This document shows, in pieces, positions 49,902-58,892 of a DNA stretch of 64,000 nucleotides. The stretch is from Rhodopila sp. (GTDB lineage Bacteria; Pseudomonadota; Alphaproteobacteria; Acetobacterales; Acetobacteraceae), in the NCBI GenBank assembly GCA_965200665.1, contig OZ241370.1, positions 2,075,709 to 2,139,708 of the forward strand, written 5' to 3'. The position numbers and the translations under genes are program-made. The notes beneath the pieces are model-generated. The model worked only from the letters and a program-made list of their open reading frames with translations. It did no database searches and was not told the DNA's origin. The stretch's first letter is position 1; each line of letters begins with the position of its first letter.

Positions 49902-50090
49902 TTACCCGTCCTTGGGTTTCCGTGCGGCCTCCTCAACGGTACGGGCCGCCTTCATCGCATCAACAGTCACACGACTGTCAGAAAGATAGCCGTTCGCAAC
50001 GGCCAACGCAATACGATGCTCCTCGAGCTGCTCGTTGGTCATGCTTAGCCCCCGCGCACGCTCAAGCAATGCGGTTAGTTCGTGTTCCAT
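49902..50090 (-). CDS. Small helical protein upstream of Fic, putative antitoxin
   Basis: 62 aa, ends 3 bp before the Fic ATG; GAGAGG RBS-like sequence. Confidence 0.65.
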   Translation of the reverse strand: MEHELTALLERARGLSMTNEQLEEHRIALAVANGYLSDSRVTVDAMKAARTVEEAARKPKDG

Positions 50091-50673
50091 ATTATCGGCC
50101 CCTCTCCAACCGACTCTTGTATAGCGATGATTCGGCCGAACAAGCCATCACTTTTTCGTAATTTGACAGATTAGCTCTTGCTCAGAGGACGCGTCTTAGT
50201 ACAGGCGATCTACCGAGTCGTTGGATGAGAAGCGAAGCGAAAGCAATAAGTTACGATGGATAAGTCCTGTTCACTTGATGTTCCTGTCCTCGGTCCTTAT
50301 CGACTAACCGGTTGTCTGTTTTCTCAGCCTTTACCCCAACCCCGCCCCGTTGGCCGCGCCGTCGCTCACTCGACCGCCCGCCACGTATGCCCCACCGGCG
50401 CTGCCGGCAGTGGATGCCCGTGGCTCATGTCGACCCGGACACCATTCGGCCGGCCGAAGATGTTGATTTGCTCGTAGGCCCCCGCGGCCGGTACAGGATC
50501 GCCGGGAAAATGTTCTGGCCGCTGTGACACAGGCACCTCGTTTGCGGGGGACCGCCAGTATTGGTCAGTTTCGGGCCCGCCGCCATCGGCCCTCTGGATC
50601 CGCCTAACCATCTGCCTTGAACAAAGCCGCGCAACCCGTAGCCTTCCAGTTTGTTTCTGCCGGAAGGAGACTG

Positions 50674-50931
50674 ATGAACAATTCGCGCAACCTCCGCCAA
50701 CGAGCCGCACGCTATCGACGGATGCGGAGGCACATCACTGATCCTGCTGCCGATCGCGCCGCCTCGGATTTGGCCGATGAGATGGAACGGACAGCAGAAG
50801 AGATGGAGAGGCGGCTGCATATCCGCGAGCTCGCCCATGCCCTCTGGGTGTCGCACGGTCGTCCCCAGGGTCGCGACGAGGAGTTCTGGCTGGCCGCTGA
50901 ACGTGAGGTGGACATCCAGCGCAGCGGGTGA
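50674..50931 (+). CDS. DUF2934-containing small protein
   Basis: IRELAHALWVSHGRPQGRDEEFWLAAERE; AAGGAG RBS. Confidence 0.8.
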   Translation: MNNSRNLRQRAARYRRMRRHITDPAADRAASDLADEMERTAEEMERRLHIRELAHALWVSHGRPQGRDEEFWLAAEREVDIQRSG

Positions 50932-50933
50932 CC

Positions 50934-51311
50934 TCAGACCGGCTTCATGCGCGATGCGGCCAGCGACCCACGCACTGTCGCTATCAGCACAGCAAGATCG
51001 ACTGGCTTCAGCAATACTGGTCCGATTGCCGGGTCGGGATGCTTTGCCATTTCTGGGAAGCCCGTCACAAAGATGATTGGCAGCCCTGGACGGCGGTGCC
51101 TTGCCATCAATGCCACGGCCAGACCCTGCGGCGTCCCAGGTGGTAATTGGAGGTCGACAACCAAAAGCGCGCCGGCGCCATTGTCCAACTGAGGCGCCGC
51201 AGCAAAATAGCTGCCAAATCCAGCCGTCTGGTATCCTCCGTGATCGAGGGCTTGTTGGTAGGCGTAGCGGGTGGCCTCGTCATCCTCGATGATAAATATT
51301 CGGTTGGGCAT
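50934..51311 (-). CDS. Single-domain response regulator (REC)
   Basis: IFIIEDD, VVDLQLP, FVTG, LLKPVD; AAGGAG RBS. Confidence 0.85.
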   Translation of the reverse strand: MPNRIFIIEDDEATRYAYQQALDHGGYQTAGFGSYFAAAPQLDNGAGALLVVDLQLPPGTPQGLAVALMARHRRPGLPIIFVTGFPEMAKHPDPAIGPVLLKPVDLAVLIATVRGSLAASRMKPV

Positions 51312-51504
51312 CGTGATTGCTCCTTCGTTACAGGACCTCCTCACCGTCTAAGCCGTTCTCGGGGTCACCGGCCCGGCGTTGCAACTCTTGGATCAACTCC
51401 CGAATTGCGTTCAGCGCTCCGCGGTCAGTAGTGCCATAGGCAATTTGGCGCAGCCGCCGGATCTCGGCGCGAAGTGCCGCTACGTCTCGCATTGAAATGC
51501 CTCC

Positions 51505-51714
51505 CTATTGGGAGGGGAGCTGCAGCAGCGGATCTCGAGTTACGCCTTGATCCTGTAACACTCCGGCCTGGTCTTCCTCGGCCAGGGCACGCCACCTCGA
51601 TGCCACATAGAGCATGATCTCGTGGGTCTCCGGCAACACGTCACCGGCGGCCACTTTTTCACACTCTTTGGCGCGACTCAGGTAGTAACCTAGGAAATTA
51701 TGGCTGATGGCCAT
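51505..51714 (-). CDS. Small hypothetical helical-hairpin protein
   Basis: YLSRAKECEKVA...VASRWRALAEE; GAGAGG RBS. Confidence 0.6.
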   Translation of the reverse strand: MAISHNFLGYYLSRAKECEKVAAGDVLPETHEIMLYVASRWRALAEEDQAGVLQDQGVTRDPLLQLPSQ

Positions 51715-52204
51715 GCAACACCCCTCTCATCCGAGCGGGAGCGCTGGAGCGTCTCTCTGCCGCCGACGCTCAAAGATCGAGCCAGCGATATTTCTTAGGT
51801 AGGCTTTAAGAAGAGCAGTGGCAAGGAAGTTCTCGCAGCCGCCTCCGTCGGGTATATGGCATATATTACGGTCAACCAACAACTTACCGCAACTTGATGG
51901 TCGGCGAAAGGCTGTTAGCCGCCCAGGTGGAGATGCGCCGCCAGCCCCTGGCAATCGTCTCTCGCAGTCGGGACGCGATAGCCGATGGCCTGGCGCTACT
52001 GGAGCGGCTGCGGGTCAAACAAGAAGCTGAAGATGGAAGTCGGGCGTGGTTAATCGACGGCCGTTAAGTAATCTTCGCGTGGGGGGCGTCGAGGGCCACC
52101 GGCGACAGCTAACGCCCCGATGCGGCGCGATCTCAATAGCGGTAGCGTGCTCACCGATCGACCCGTAGCTGGACTTACGCCTATTACACGTCATAGTCGT
52201 GAGA

Positions 52205-52375
52205 ATGGCGTTATGTGTTCAAGAAATCCGAGCAAGGGCCTCGCAGTTTCGGGAGATGGCAGGGACTGGCACCGACATCAGGCTGCGGCAAGCTCTACTT
52301 TTGGTTGCGGAAGAATTCGAACAGGAAGCTAACCAATTGGAGCGTGATGCGAACCAGGATGATCAGCTGCCGTAG
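52205..52375 (+). CDS. 56-aa helical-hairpin protein (absent from the ORF track)
   Basis: MALCVQEIRARASQFREMAGTGTDIRLRQALLLVAEEFEQEANQLERDANQDDQLP, translated by hand. Confidence 0.55.
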   Translation: MALCVQEIRARASQFREMAGTGTDIRLRQALLLVAEEFEQEANQLERDANQDDQLP

Positions 52376-52559
52376 CCACCACTGCAGCCCGCGTAGCAAC
52401 GAGCCGCGCGCCCTCCCAGATCTCTACCGCATTCGCACCTTTCATATGTGCTTCTGGAGCGTGTTCCAGCGCCTCGAAATCGCTCTGGCGATCGACCTCG
52501 CTGGCCGGCCCCATGATCTTTCCATCAGGATCGATTGGGTAAATTCGATAGTGGCTCAT
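52329..52559 (-). CDS. Small hypothetical protein
   Basis: MSHYRIYPIDPDGKI...D..AL...AVEIWEGARLV, a recognisable alphaproteobacterial small-protein pattern. Confidence 0.65.
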   Translation of the reverse strand: MSHYRIYPIDPDGKIMGPASEVDRQSDFEALEHAPEAHMKGANAVEIWEGARLVATRAAVVATAADHPGSHHAPIG

Positions 52560-53336
52560 GGCTCCGGGCATGTAGGGTGGTTATCACGGAAGTGCGAATG
52601 TTTTTATGTTAATTCGAGATGCCCTCATCAGGGGCGACGCCAGATGGTTGAACCCATTCTGCATTTTAGCTCAGACCGAATGGCACCGCACCCGCTCTAC
52701 GACCGACCGATCCTTCTGCTCCGCTGCGGCGCAAAAGCCCGCCGGGTAGACCGTCGCTGCCGAGCCGGTGCACTCAACCAGCCGCCGCGGTGCAGGGCAC
52801 GCACCGGTCAGGCCAAAACCTGATGCCAGGTCACCGCCTGGCCGGCGGTATCGACGCAAAACTGCGCTCAATGAAATCAACGTTCTGCGCACCATGCCCG
52901 ATCGTAACGAAGGGTGCGCGAACTGAGCGGACCCCTGATAGCGCGCCACGGTGGCGCGCTTTCTGCGGGGCCGTAGCGATCGAGTTTTTTCCCAATCGGG
53001 AACAAACCCACTGCACCGCGATCGGCCGGAGGTTTCGCGGTAGCGCGCCGCAAAACTGCCGAATGCCTCACGCGGGCCAGTTTCTGCCTCGGTGGCAATA
53101 ACTCCGGACTGACGGGCGATACTGCCCGGCATACCCGCTCCCCAAATCGGGGAATCAACCCGGGATCGGTTTTCAGGACGACATCGCCGATGCGACGGTG
53201 GACTATCTGATAACCGTTATCAGACAGATGCGGCCAGGCGCGCACGGTGCGCGGCTGCTGAGCGGGCGGTCATCTGGGGATATTCCCCAGACACGGCTGT
53301 AGCCTGACCCTCCCCACCGTAGGGAGAGCCGCCGCC

Positions 53337-53365
53337 AAAGAAAAAGGCCGCCCTGTCGAGCGGCC
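53337..53365 (-). terminator. Rho-independent terminator on the minus strand
   Basis: GGCCGC-TCGACAGG-GCGGCC followed by TTTTTCTTT, downstream of the 54576-53525 operon. Confidence 0.7.
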
Positions 53366-53524
53366 GAGGGTTGGGGAAACATTACTCTGCTCAGGAGTTG
53401 CATTGAGCTACACTGGAACAACCGGAGCGGCCGATGGTTCCCTCGTTGGTTTCGCACCCACGCTCAAGACCGGCTCGTCGGCCGCCCCGAAGGACGGCCT
53501 GTGTTCAGCATAGGGGTGGGCGAT

Positions 53525-53839
53525 TCACCCACCCGGTTTCGCTCTATCCCACGCCTGGGCGACCCGATCCAAGAAGCCGGTAATCTCCGCATCGGTCAGA
53601 TCAGGCCGTACAGAGCGGACGAACGTGAGCGCGGGATCGTCGGTGCGCGGTCGGCTGACGGCCGGAGCGGCTTTGCTGCGAAAGGGAAGGACGCCGGCGG
53701 TCCTGCTGCGGCGCTCCCGGTCGGCACGCCACAGGACGCGCGTCTCGTTGATGATCTTGGTCAGGTCGCTTTCACCGTCTGCCGCACTGCCGCCGGCAAG
53801 CTCGCTCCGCTGGGAGAAGGAGAGAACCTTGGCGCTCAT
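53525..53839 (-). CDS. Hypothetical phage-like protein
   Basis: ATGA overlap with the upstream gene; 104 aa. Confidence 0.65.
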   Translation of the reverse strand: MSAKVLSFSQRSELAGGSAADGESDLTKIINETRVLWRADRERRSRTAGVLPFRSKAAPAVSRPRTDDPALTFVRSVRPDLTDAEITGFLDRVAQAWDRAKPGG

Positions 53840-54576
53840 ACCAGCCCCCGGCGCGCCATCTCGCCGGCCAACTCGGCATGCATTTGGTCGGACACGGCCT
53901 TGAACTTCCGCGTCGACTGCACTCGCCTCCGCAACTCGTCATCTGTCAGGAGGTGAGGTGTATCGAGGCGGTCACGCTCGGCTTGCTCGGCCGCCTTCTC
54001 CGCTGCGATCTTCGCCTCGATCGGAGCCCATCGGGCCTTGCTGGCCGCAAGATGCGCATCGACATCGGCTGCGGACATCGGTGGCGCCCAGTGCGCCGTT
54101 GAGCAGCTGCCGGCCCGGGGAGGCCAGACGAAGTCAGGTGCCAAGCCCTGAGCGAGCAGGACCATCATATCCTCGCCGCGGTCGTCGCACTTAATGCCCC
54201 CATCGAGATTGAGCTCGACCCAGATCAACGCCGCACGGGCCACAGCAGCGTGGCCAGCCGGCCCGGTTGCGGGTGCGCAATCCTCGATCAAGTCAGCGAG
54301 GCGATCGACCTCGTCGCCCAGCCATTCATATCGGGCGTTGTTGGGGCCGAAGTCTGGCGCGTAGTCGTCGTGGTCGAGCAGTAGATATCGCTCGGTCTCG
54401 GTCGCCACCATCTGATCGCACAGGCTGATCAGGGCGGCGTTGGGATCAGGGGCCCGCACAACTCGCGGACCCTTTGCCAGCACTGGCGCCGTCAGCCCAG
54501 CGACGATCGCCGCGGCGCTGAAGCTGAGTGCGGATCGGCGGGTCGGTGTGGTATTGGTTTGGGTAGCCGTGGGCAT
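53836..54576 (-). CDS. Hypothetical phage-like protein with twin-arginine-like N-terminus
   Basis: TRRSALSFSAAAIVAG...PDPNAALISLC; GGGAG RBS; divergent from the XRE gene. Confidence 0.7.
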   Translation of the reverse strand: MPTATQTNTTPTRRSALSFSAAAIVAGLTAPVLAKGPRVVRAPDPNAALISLCDQMVATETERYLLLDHDDYAPDFGPNNARYEWLGDEVDRLADLIEDCAPATGPAGHAAVARAALIWVELNLDGGIKCDDRGEDMMVLLAQGLAPDFVWPPRAGSCSTAHWAPPMSAADVDAHLAASKARWAPIEAKIAAEKAAEQAERDRLDTPHLLTDDELRRRVQSTRKFKAVSDQMHAELAGEMARRGLV

Positions 54577-54730
54577 GGATAACTCCCGTGCTTTTGGTTA
54601 GGCCGGTCGGGGTGTTTGCGGCACCTCGGTCGGTCGCAACCGGATCCGGTTGGGCTTTCGCCTTGCGAAGTTGGCAGAATTTCTGTAGCATCACCTTATT
54701 CCTGGCGCAACAGGAATTCTGTGAGGTTAC

Positions 54731-55267
54731 ATGATGTCAGTTATCTCAGCGTCACTTTGTCGAGCGGCGCGAGGCTTGCTAGGGTGGTCACAGGGGGATT
54801 TGTCCCGCTCGTCCGGCGTCTCGGAAAAATCGATCGCTGACTTCGAACGGCAGGCGAGAGTGCCATATGAGCGAACCGTCCGGGACCTGGAGGAGGCTTT
54901 CGCAGCGGCGGGCGTGAAATTCACCAACGGTGGATCGCCCGGCATGAGGCTAACCGAAAGCCGATCTCCTAAAACGCATGGGCAGTTCGTCGGCGTCCTA
55001 AGAAGCTATGAGCAGCGGAAGCTGCCGGCCCTCGGTGTTCAACTAACGCGCCGCGGACCAACGTTCGGCTTTAAGTTCGAATTCTTCGAGGACGCCACCG
55101 TTATCTTGACTTTGAATGGAATAGAGTTGGGGCAAGCACGTTGGATAGATGGCCGTTGTGAGTTTGACCCTTCACTGTCAGCCACCCCTCCCCAAGCGAC
55201 TGACGAGGATCTTCAGAACTGGGTGACGCTCGCCTACAACCGCAGCATCACCACCGGCCATCAATGA
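54731..55267 (+). CDS. XRE-family HTH regulator with about 100-aa C-terminal extension
   Basis: CRAARGLLGWSQGDLSRSSGVSEKSIADFE...AFAAAGVKF. Confidence 0.85.
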   Translation: MMSVISASLCRAARGLLGWSQGDLSRSSGVSEKSIADFERQARVPYERTVRDLEEAFAAAGVKFTNGGSPGMRLTESRSPKTHGQFVGVLRSYEQRKLPALGVQLTRRGPTFGFKFEFFEDATVILTLNGIELGQARWIDGRCEFDPSLSATPPQATDEDLQNWVTLAYNRSITTGHQ

Positions 55268-55354
55268 CTTCGACGCCGGGCGTCGAGTTCACCTCCACGA
55301 AGGGCGGGTTCCAGTCTTCTGGAAATCCGATGCGCAACGCTATTATATGAAGCC

Positions 55355-55513
55355 ATGATCACACCCAACGACAAGCACATCACAGACGCAGTAGACCATC
55401 TTGCGTCTGCCGAAACTGACCTTCGGGCAGCTGGATTACCCGATATCGCGGAGGAAGTGGCGCGGATTAGGCGGAGTCTGGAAGATGGCCTAGAGACGGC
55501 GCCTGTTTCTTAG
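55355..55513 (+). CDS. 52-aa hypothetical protein (absent from the ORF track)
   Basis: MITPNDKHITDAVDHLASAETDLRAAGLPDIAEEVARIRRSLEDGLETAPVS, translated by hand. Confidence 0.4.
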   Translation: MITPNDKHITDAVDHLASAETDLRAAGLPDIAEEVARIRRSLEDGLETAPVS

Positions 55514-55539
55514 CCTGTGAGTTTCTGGCCGGTTCGCTC

Positions 55540-55632
55540 CTGGCCGCCACGCAGCTCGCCTTCAAAGCGGCCGGGGTCGAGTTCATCCCGGAGAACGGTG
55601 GTGGCGCTGGGGTAAGACTGCGGAAGGGGTGA
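55540..55632 (+). pseudogene. Remnant: C-terminal tail of an XRE regulator
   Basis: LAATQLAFKAAGVEFIPENGGGAGVRLRKG*, with no HTH or start upstream. Confidence 0.7.
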
Positions 55633-55851
55633 TGGACCGGTCAAGGTCGCAGACCGAAACATCCCGTAGCTTGTAATAAATCCGCGCTTGCGCAACTGTT
55701 TCGATGTAAGCTTTATATCGGCGCAAAATATCCACTTACGGGGCATGTATACGCACCTCAACGAACGTCATTGCAGGGATGTTTGTGCTCGCGCTGGCCG
55801 CGTGCGCCCAACCGGGAGCAGAGTCTGCGTCGAATGCCTCTTGGAGAGGGC

Positions 55852-57240
55852 ATGAGAATTAATCGCGAGGATCCGTCGTGGACAGCGCCCCACTCGGTCC
55901 CCGAGCCGCGCGATGACATCGTGTTGCTGGCGACCGCATGGCTCTCTGAGTTTGCTGATGCGAAAACGTGGAGGCAGCGATTAGCGTCGACCAGAGACCA
56001 TTTTCAGGCCGCGAAGTCGCGATGGATGAATGGAGAAATGGCGCCCCTGTATGACCCAACCGACAGAGCCGCCTGGTATGTCTTTCAGGGCAATGCCTAC
56101 GCCAATGACCGTATGAATTGGGTCCCGGAGGAGGCGGTCCGTATTGTGCCTATCCTCACCAGAATTGGCACAGAACAAGAGAGGCTCATTGCCATTCCTG
56201 GTTCAGAGGCTCGGACATCCCGATTGATGAACGCGGATCGCAGTCAGCCCGATGGGGGCTTGTTCGAGTTGCTTGTGGCTATTGCGTATAGCCGCAACGG
56301 CTGGGATACCGAGTTTGCCCGCGAGCGTCCGGGGGTTGGACGGATGCATGACATCAACGTCAAAAAGGGCCGTCGGTCGTGGGCTGTCGAGTGCAAGCGA
56401 ATGGACCGCTCAGGTTATGAGGCGCGCGAGAGGGTCCGTGGCGAAAATCTTGCCAGGCCCGTCCATGACCTAGCCTTGGACGCCAGCAGATCGATCTTTA
56501 TGCAGGTTGCGTTTGACGCCGAGCTCGACGCGCTGCCAGACGACTATCTCTCCCGCCGTGCTTTTGCCTATCTTCGAGGCTCCGGGTCGGACTACTGGTC
56601 GGACGGGGAGGGCATGGGCATTATTCGCGAGATCGACTGGTCACTGACCCACAAGGTTCTTGCCGTGGACGACGTTTATTATGGATCCAGCCGCATGATT
56701 GAACTCCTGGTCGGCTACTACAATCACGAATTTGCTCACACGATGGCTGCCAAATGGAGACCGGCTCATAAAAGACCATTTTGGGCGGAAGCAGTTTATC
56801 AGGCTAGTGTGGTCAGTTGGCGCAATCGGTCTATGACCGCCATACAGAAGAAGGCACGGCATTTTCGCTCTGTGGTGGCTAAGGCGGCAGCTCAACTCCC
56901 AAAGAACCGCCCGGGAGTAGTCCACGTCGGCGTTGAGTCTTGGGGCGGCGGGGCCGTGGATGCTGCTCGACATGTATTCAACCTGCTTGAGGCGACAGAT
57001 TTCGATCCAGGCGACAGTCGACTGCGATGGGTGTACGGCACTTACTTCGCGCCAGAGCTCACTACTCGTTCGGACGAGACTTGGGCCGTTGAGGAAACCA
57101 CCATTTCTTATCGCGTTAGCCGTCACCAGACGCCCGAACCATTACCCCATCATATGCTGTTGACTCCTGAGGCGAAGATAAATGAAGGGGTTCATTGGGA
57201 TCCTGACAGCCAGAGGCCTTTGATCCGGCAGTCCTTCTGA
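55852..57240 (+). CDS. Uncharacterised protein with PD-(D/E)XK nuclease-like motif
   Basis: LFELLVA...GRMHDINVKKGRRSWAVECKR; GGAGAGG RBS; atypical codon use. Confidence 0.7.
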   Translation: MRINREDPSWTAPHSVPEPRDDIVLLATAWLSEFADAKTWRQRLASTRDHFQAAKSRWMNGEMAPLYDPTDRAAWYVFQGNAYANDRMNWVPEEAVRIVPILTRIGTEQERLIAIPGSEARTSRLMNADRSQPDGGLFELLVAIAYSRNGWDTEFARERPGVGRMHDINVKKGRRSWAVECKRMDRSGYEARERVRGENLARPVHDLALDASRSIFMQVAFDAELDALPDDYLSRRAFAYLRGSGSDYWSDGEGMGIIREIDWSLTHKVLAVDDVYYGSSRMIELLVGYYNHEFAHTMAAKWRPAHKRPFWAEAVYQASVVSWRNRSMTAIQKKARHFRSVVAKAAAQLPKNRPGVVHVGVESWGGGAVDAARHVFNLLEATDFDPGDSRLRWVYGTYFAPELTTRSDETWAVEETTISYRVSRHQTPEPLPHHMLLTPEAKINEGVHWDPDSQRPLIRQSF

Positions 57241-57466
57241 CAAGCGCACGTCGGCTGTGATCCGCTCACGGGCATTCACGACACGGAGCAGGAGCGGCTT
57301 GGAGTGTCGTCGCGCCTGTTCGCCTCGGGCACGCTGGGCCTCGGGGCGGTCCATTCACGAACCGGGCGGGGCGACCGGACCGAAAGGGCGATGGGTCCAT
57401 CGCCGAGCGAGAGCTTGCGGTCAGCCGTCCGGAAATCCAGAAACCGCGGCGGAAGGCGCGTTGAGC

Positions 57467-57541
57467 GTCCAGCCCGCCCTCGAAGCCGACGCCGGCGAGT
57501 TCATCCCCGAGACCGGTGACGCCCGGTGCCTACGGTTAAGG
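57467..57541 (+). pseudogene. Second, more decayed XRE-tail remnant
   Basis: VQPALEADAGEFIPETGDARCLRLR. DNA GAGTTCATCCCCGAGACCGGTG versus GAGTTCATCCCGGAGAACGGTG in the 55540-55632 remnant. Confidence 0.55.
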
Positions 57542-57656
57542 GTATTTGGCCGCCTTTCTGGCTGAACAACAAATCTTAGTCGTATCGCTCTGAGTAAAGG
57601 GCTATCTGAAGTGACGCTGCCTGCTATGCATGTGGCGAAATTTGGGAGTGAAGCTG

Positions 57657-58706
57657 ATGGAAGCCTACGCGATCTGGAACAACAAGGGCGGAACTGGGAA
57701 GAGCACAATCACCTTCCACATAGCGTCGCGGTTTGCACAAAAAAACCCGGATCGTAACGTCCTGGTGGTAGACCTCTGTCCCCAGGCGAATGCTTCTATG
57801 CTGTTGCTTGGTGGCGGCATCGCCGGCGAGAACCGCGTTCTTGAGCTGTGTTCCAAAGCGACACCGCAGAGTGTTGTGGGTTATATCAGCGACGCAATCC
57901 TCAACCGCAAGACACCGGATCTGGCCAGCTACAGCATTGCTGTTCAGAAATCAAACGATCAGATGCCGGCTAATCTTCACCTTCTGAGCGGTGATGGTAA
58001 CCTGGAGCTGCTGGCCGGTGCACTGAATGATGAGGCAAACAGAACGCCGTTTCCGGGCTTGCCTGACCCATGGAGGTGGGTCCACGAAATCTTTACCCGA
58101 CTCACAGATGACCTCGCCGACAAGCCGTGGACGGTGTTTTTTGATACGAACCCTTCTTTTTCAGTATATACGGAATTAGCAATTTGTGGCGCAACGAGGT
58201 TACTCGTCCCGGTCAACGCTGATGATTCTTCTCGCGTAGCCGTTAAGGCCCTCTTTGCATTACTATATGGCACAGTTCCTGCCCATCCCTTCTTCGGCGG
58301 ATATACCTTCGCCGCGAAGGTGCATTCTCGGACTATGAATATTCCGAAAGTACATTTGGCCATCGGTAACAGATTTACTCAATACAAGGGGGCTGCCGCC
58401 GCGTTTGCCGCATTTAGTGAAGCGACTGCGGATCAGCTATGGGGTGAGTATTCAGCAAATCCTTTGCGCTTTGCGCCGCGAGCGAGCAAGCCAACCGATC
58501 GAGCATCGTTTCTCCAAGATTACGTTGGTGAGTTGCGTGACTTCAATACAGCGGGAGTGGTAGCCGCCCATCATGGATCGCCGCTATCCAAGATGCGGCA
58601 GGATTACTACTCTGTTCATAACGACCCAGAGGTCAAGGTCAATCGACAACAGATCAACGCAGGGCTCGATGCGATCGACAAGGTCGTTGCACGACTTGAT
58701 CCGTGA
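57657..58706 (+). CDS. ParA/AAA_31-family ATPase (orphan)
   Basis: NNKGGTGKST deviant Walker A, VDLCPQANAS, FFDTNPS; GGAG RBS. Confidence 0.85.
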   Translation: MEAYAIWNNKGGTGKSTITFHIASRFAQKNPDRNVLVVDLCPQANASMLLLGGGIAGENRVLELCSKATPQSVVGYISDAILNRKTPDLASYSIAVQKSNDQMPANLHLLSGDGNLELLAGALNDEANRTPFPGLPDPWRWVHEIFTRLTDDLADKPWTVFFDTNPSFSVYTELAICGATRLLVPVNADDSSRVAVKALFALLYGTVPAHPFFGGYTFAAKVHSRTMNIPKVHLAIGNRFTQYKGAAAAFAAFSEATADQLWGEYSANPLRFAPRASKPTDRASFLQDYVGELRDFNTAGVVAAHHGSPLSKMRQDYYSVHNDPEVKVNRQQINAGLDAIDKVVARLDP

Positions 58707-58892
58707 CTTTCCACAGCGAGCCTCCGGAGCGACACTACGCTCTGTGCCTGCCCTCTGACGGTCGGGTTCGGTATGGGATATTGATGCCCCGTCGCAGACT
58801 GCTGCGTTGATGCCGCTACCGCTCCAGCACGTTCTCAACCAGGAAAGCCATTCGAGAGGAAGTGCACAATCAATCGCCAAAAGGATGGAATT

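Noticed and set aside
51727-51954. 75-aa ORF
   Set aside because: No recognisable family and an uncertain start; cannot be supported.
53119-53131. ATACTGCCCGGC resembling the RP4 oriT nick region
   Set aside because: Mismatch falls in the conserved ATCCTG core and no relaxase is visible; kept only as part of the hairpin-block finding.
52671-53245. Minus-strand ORFs of 153 and 122 aa
   Set aside because: No RBS, no motifs, overlapping frames across a palindrome-rich block; treated as non-coding.
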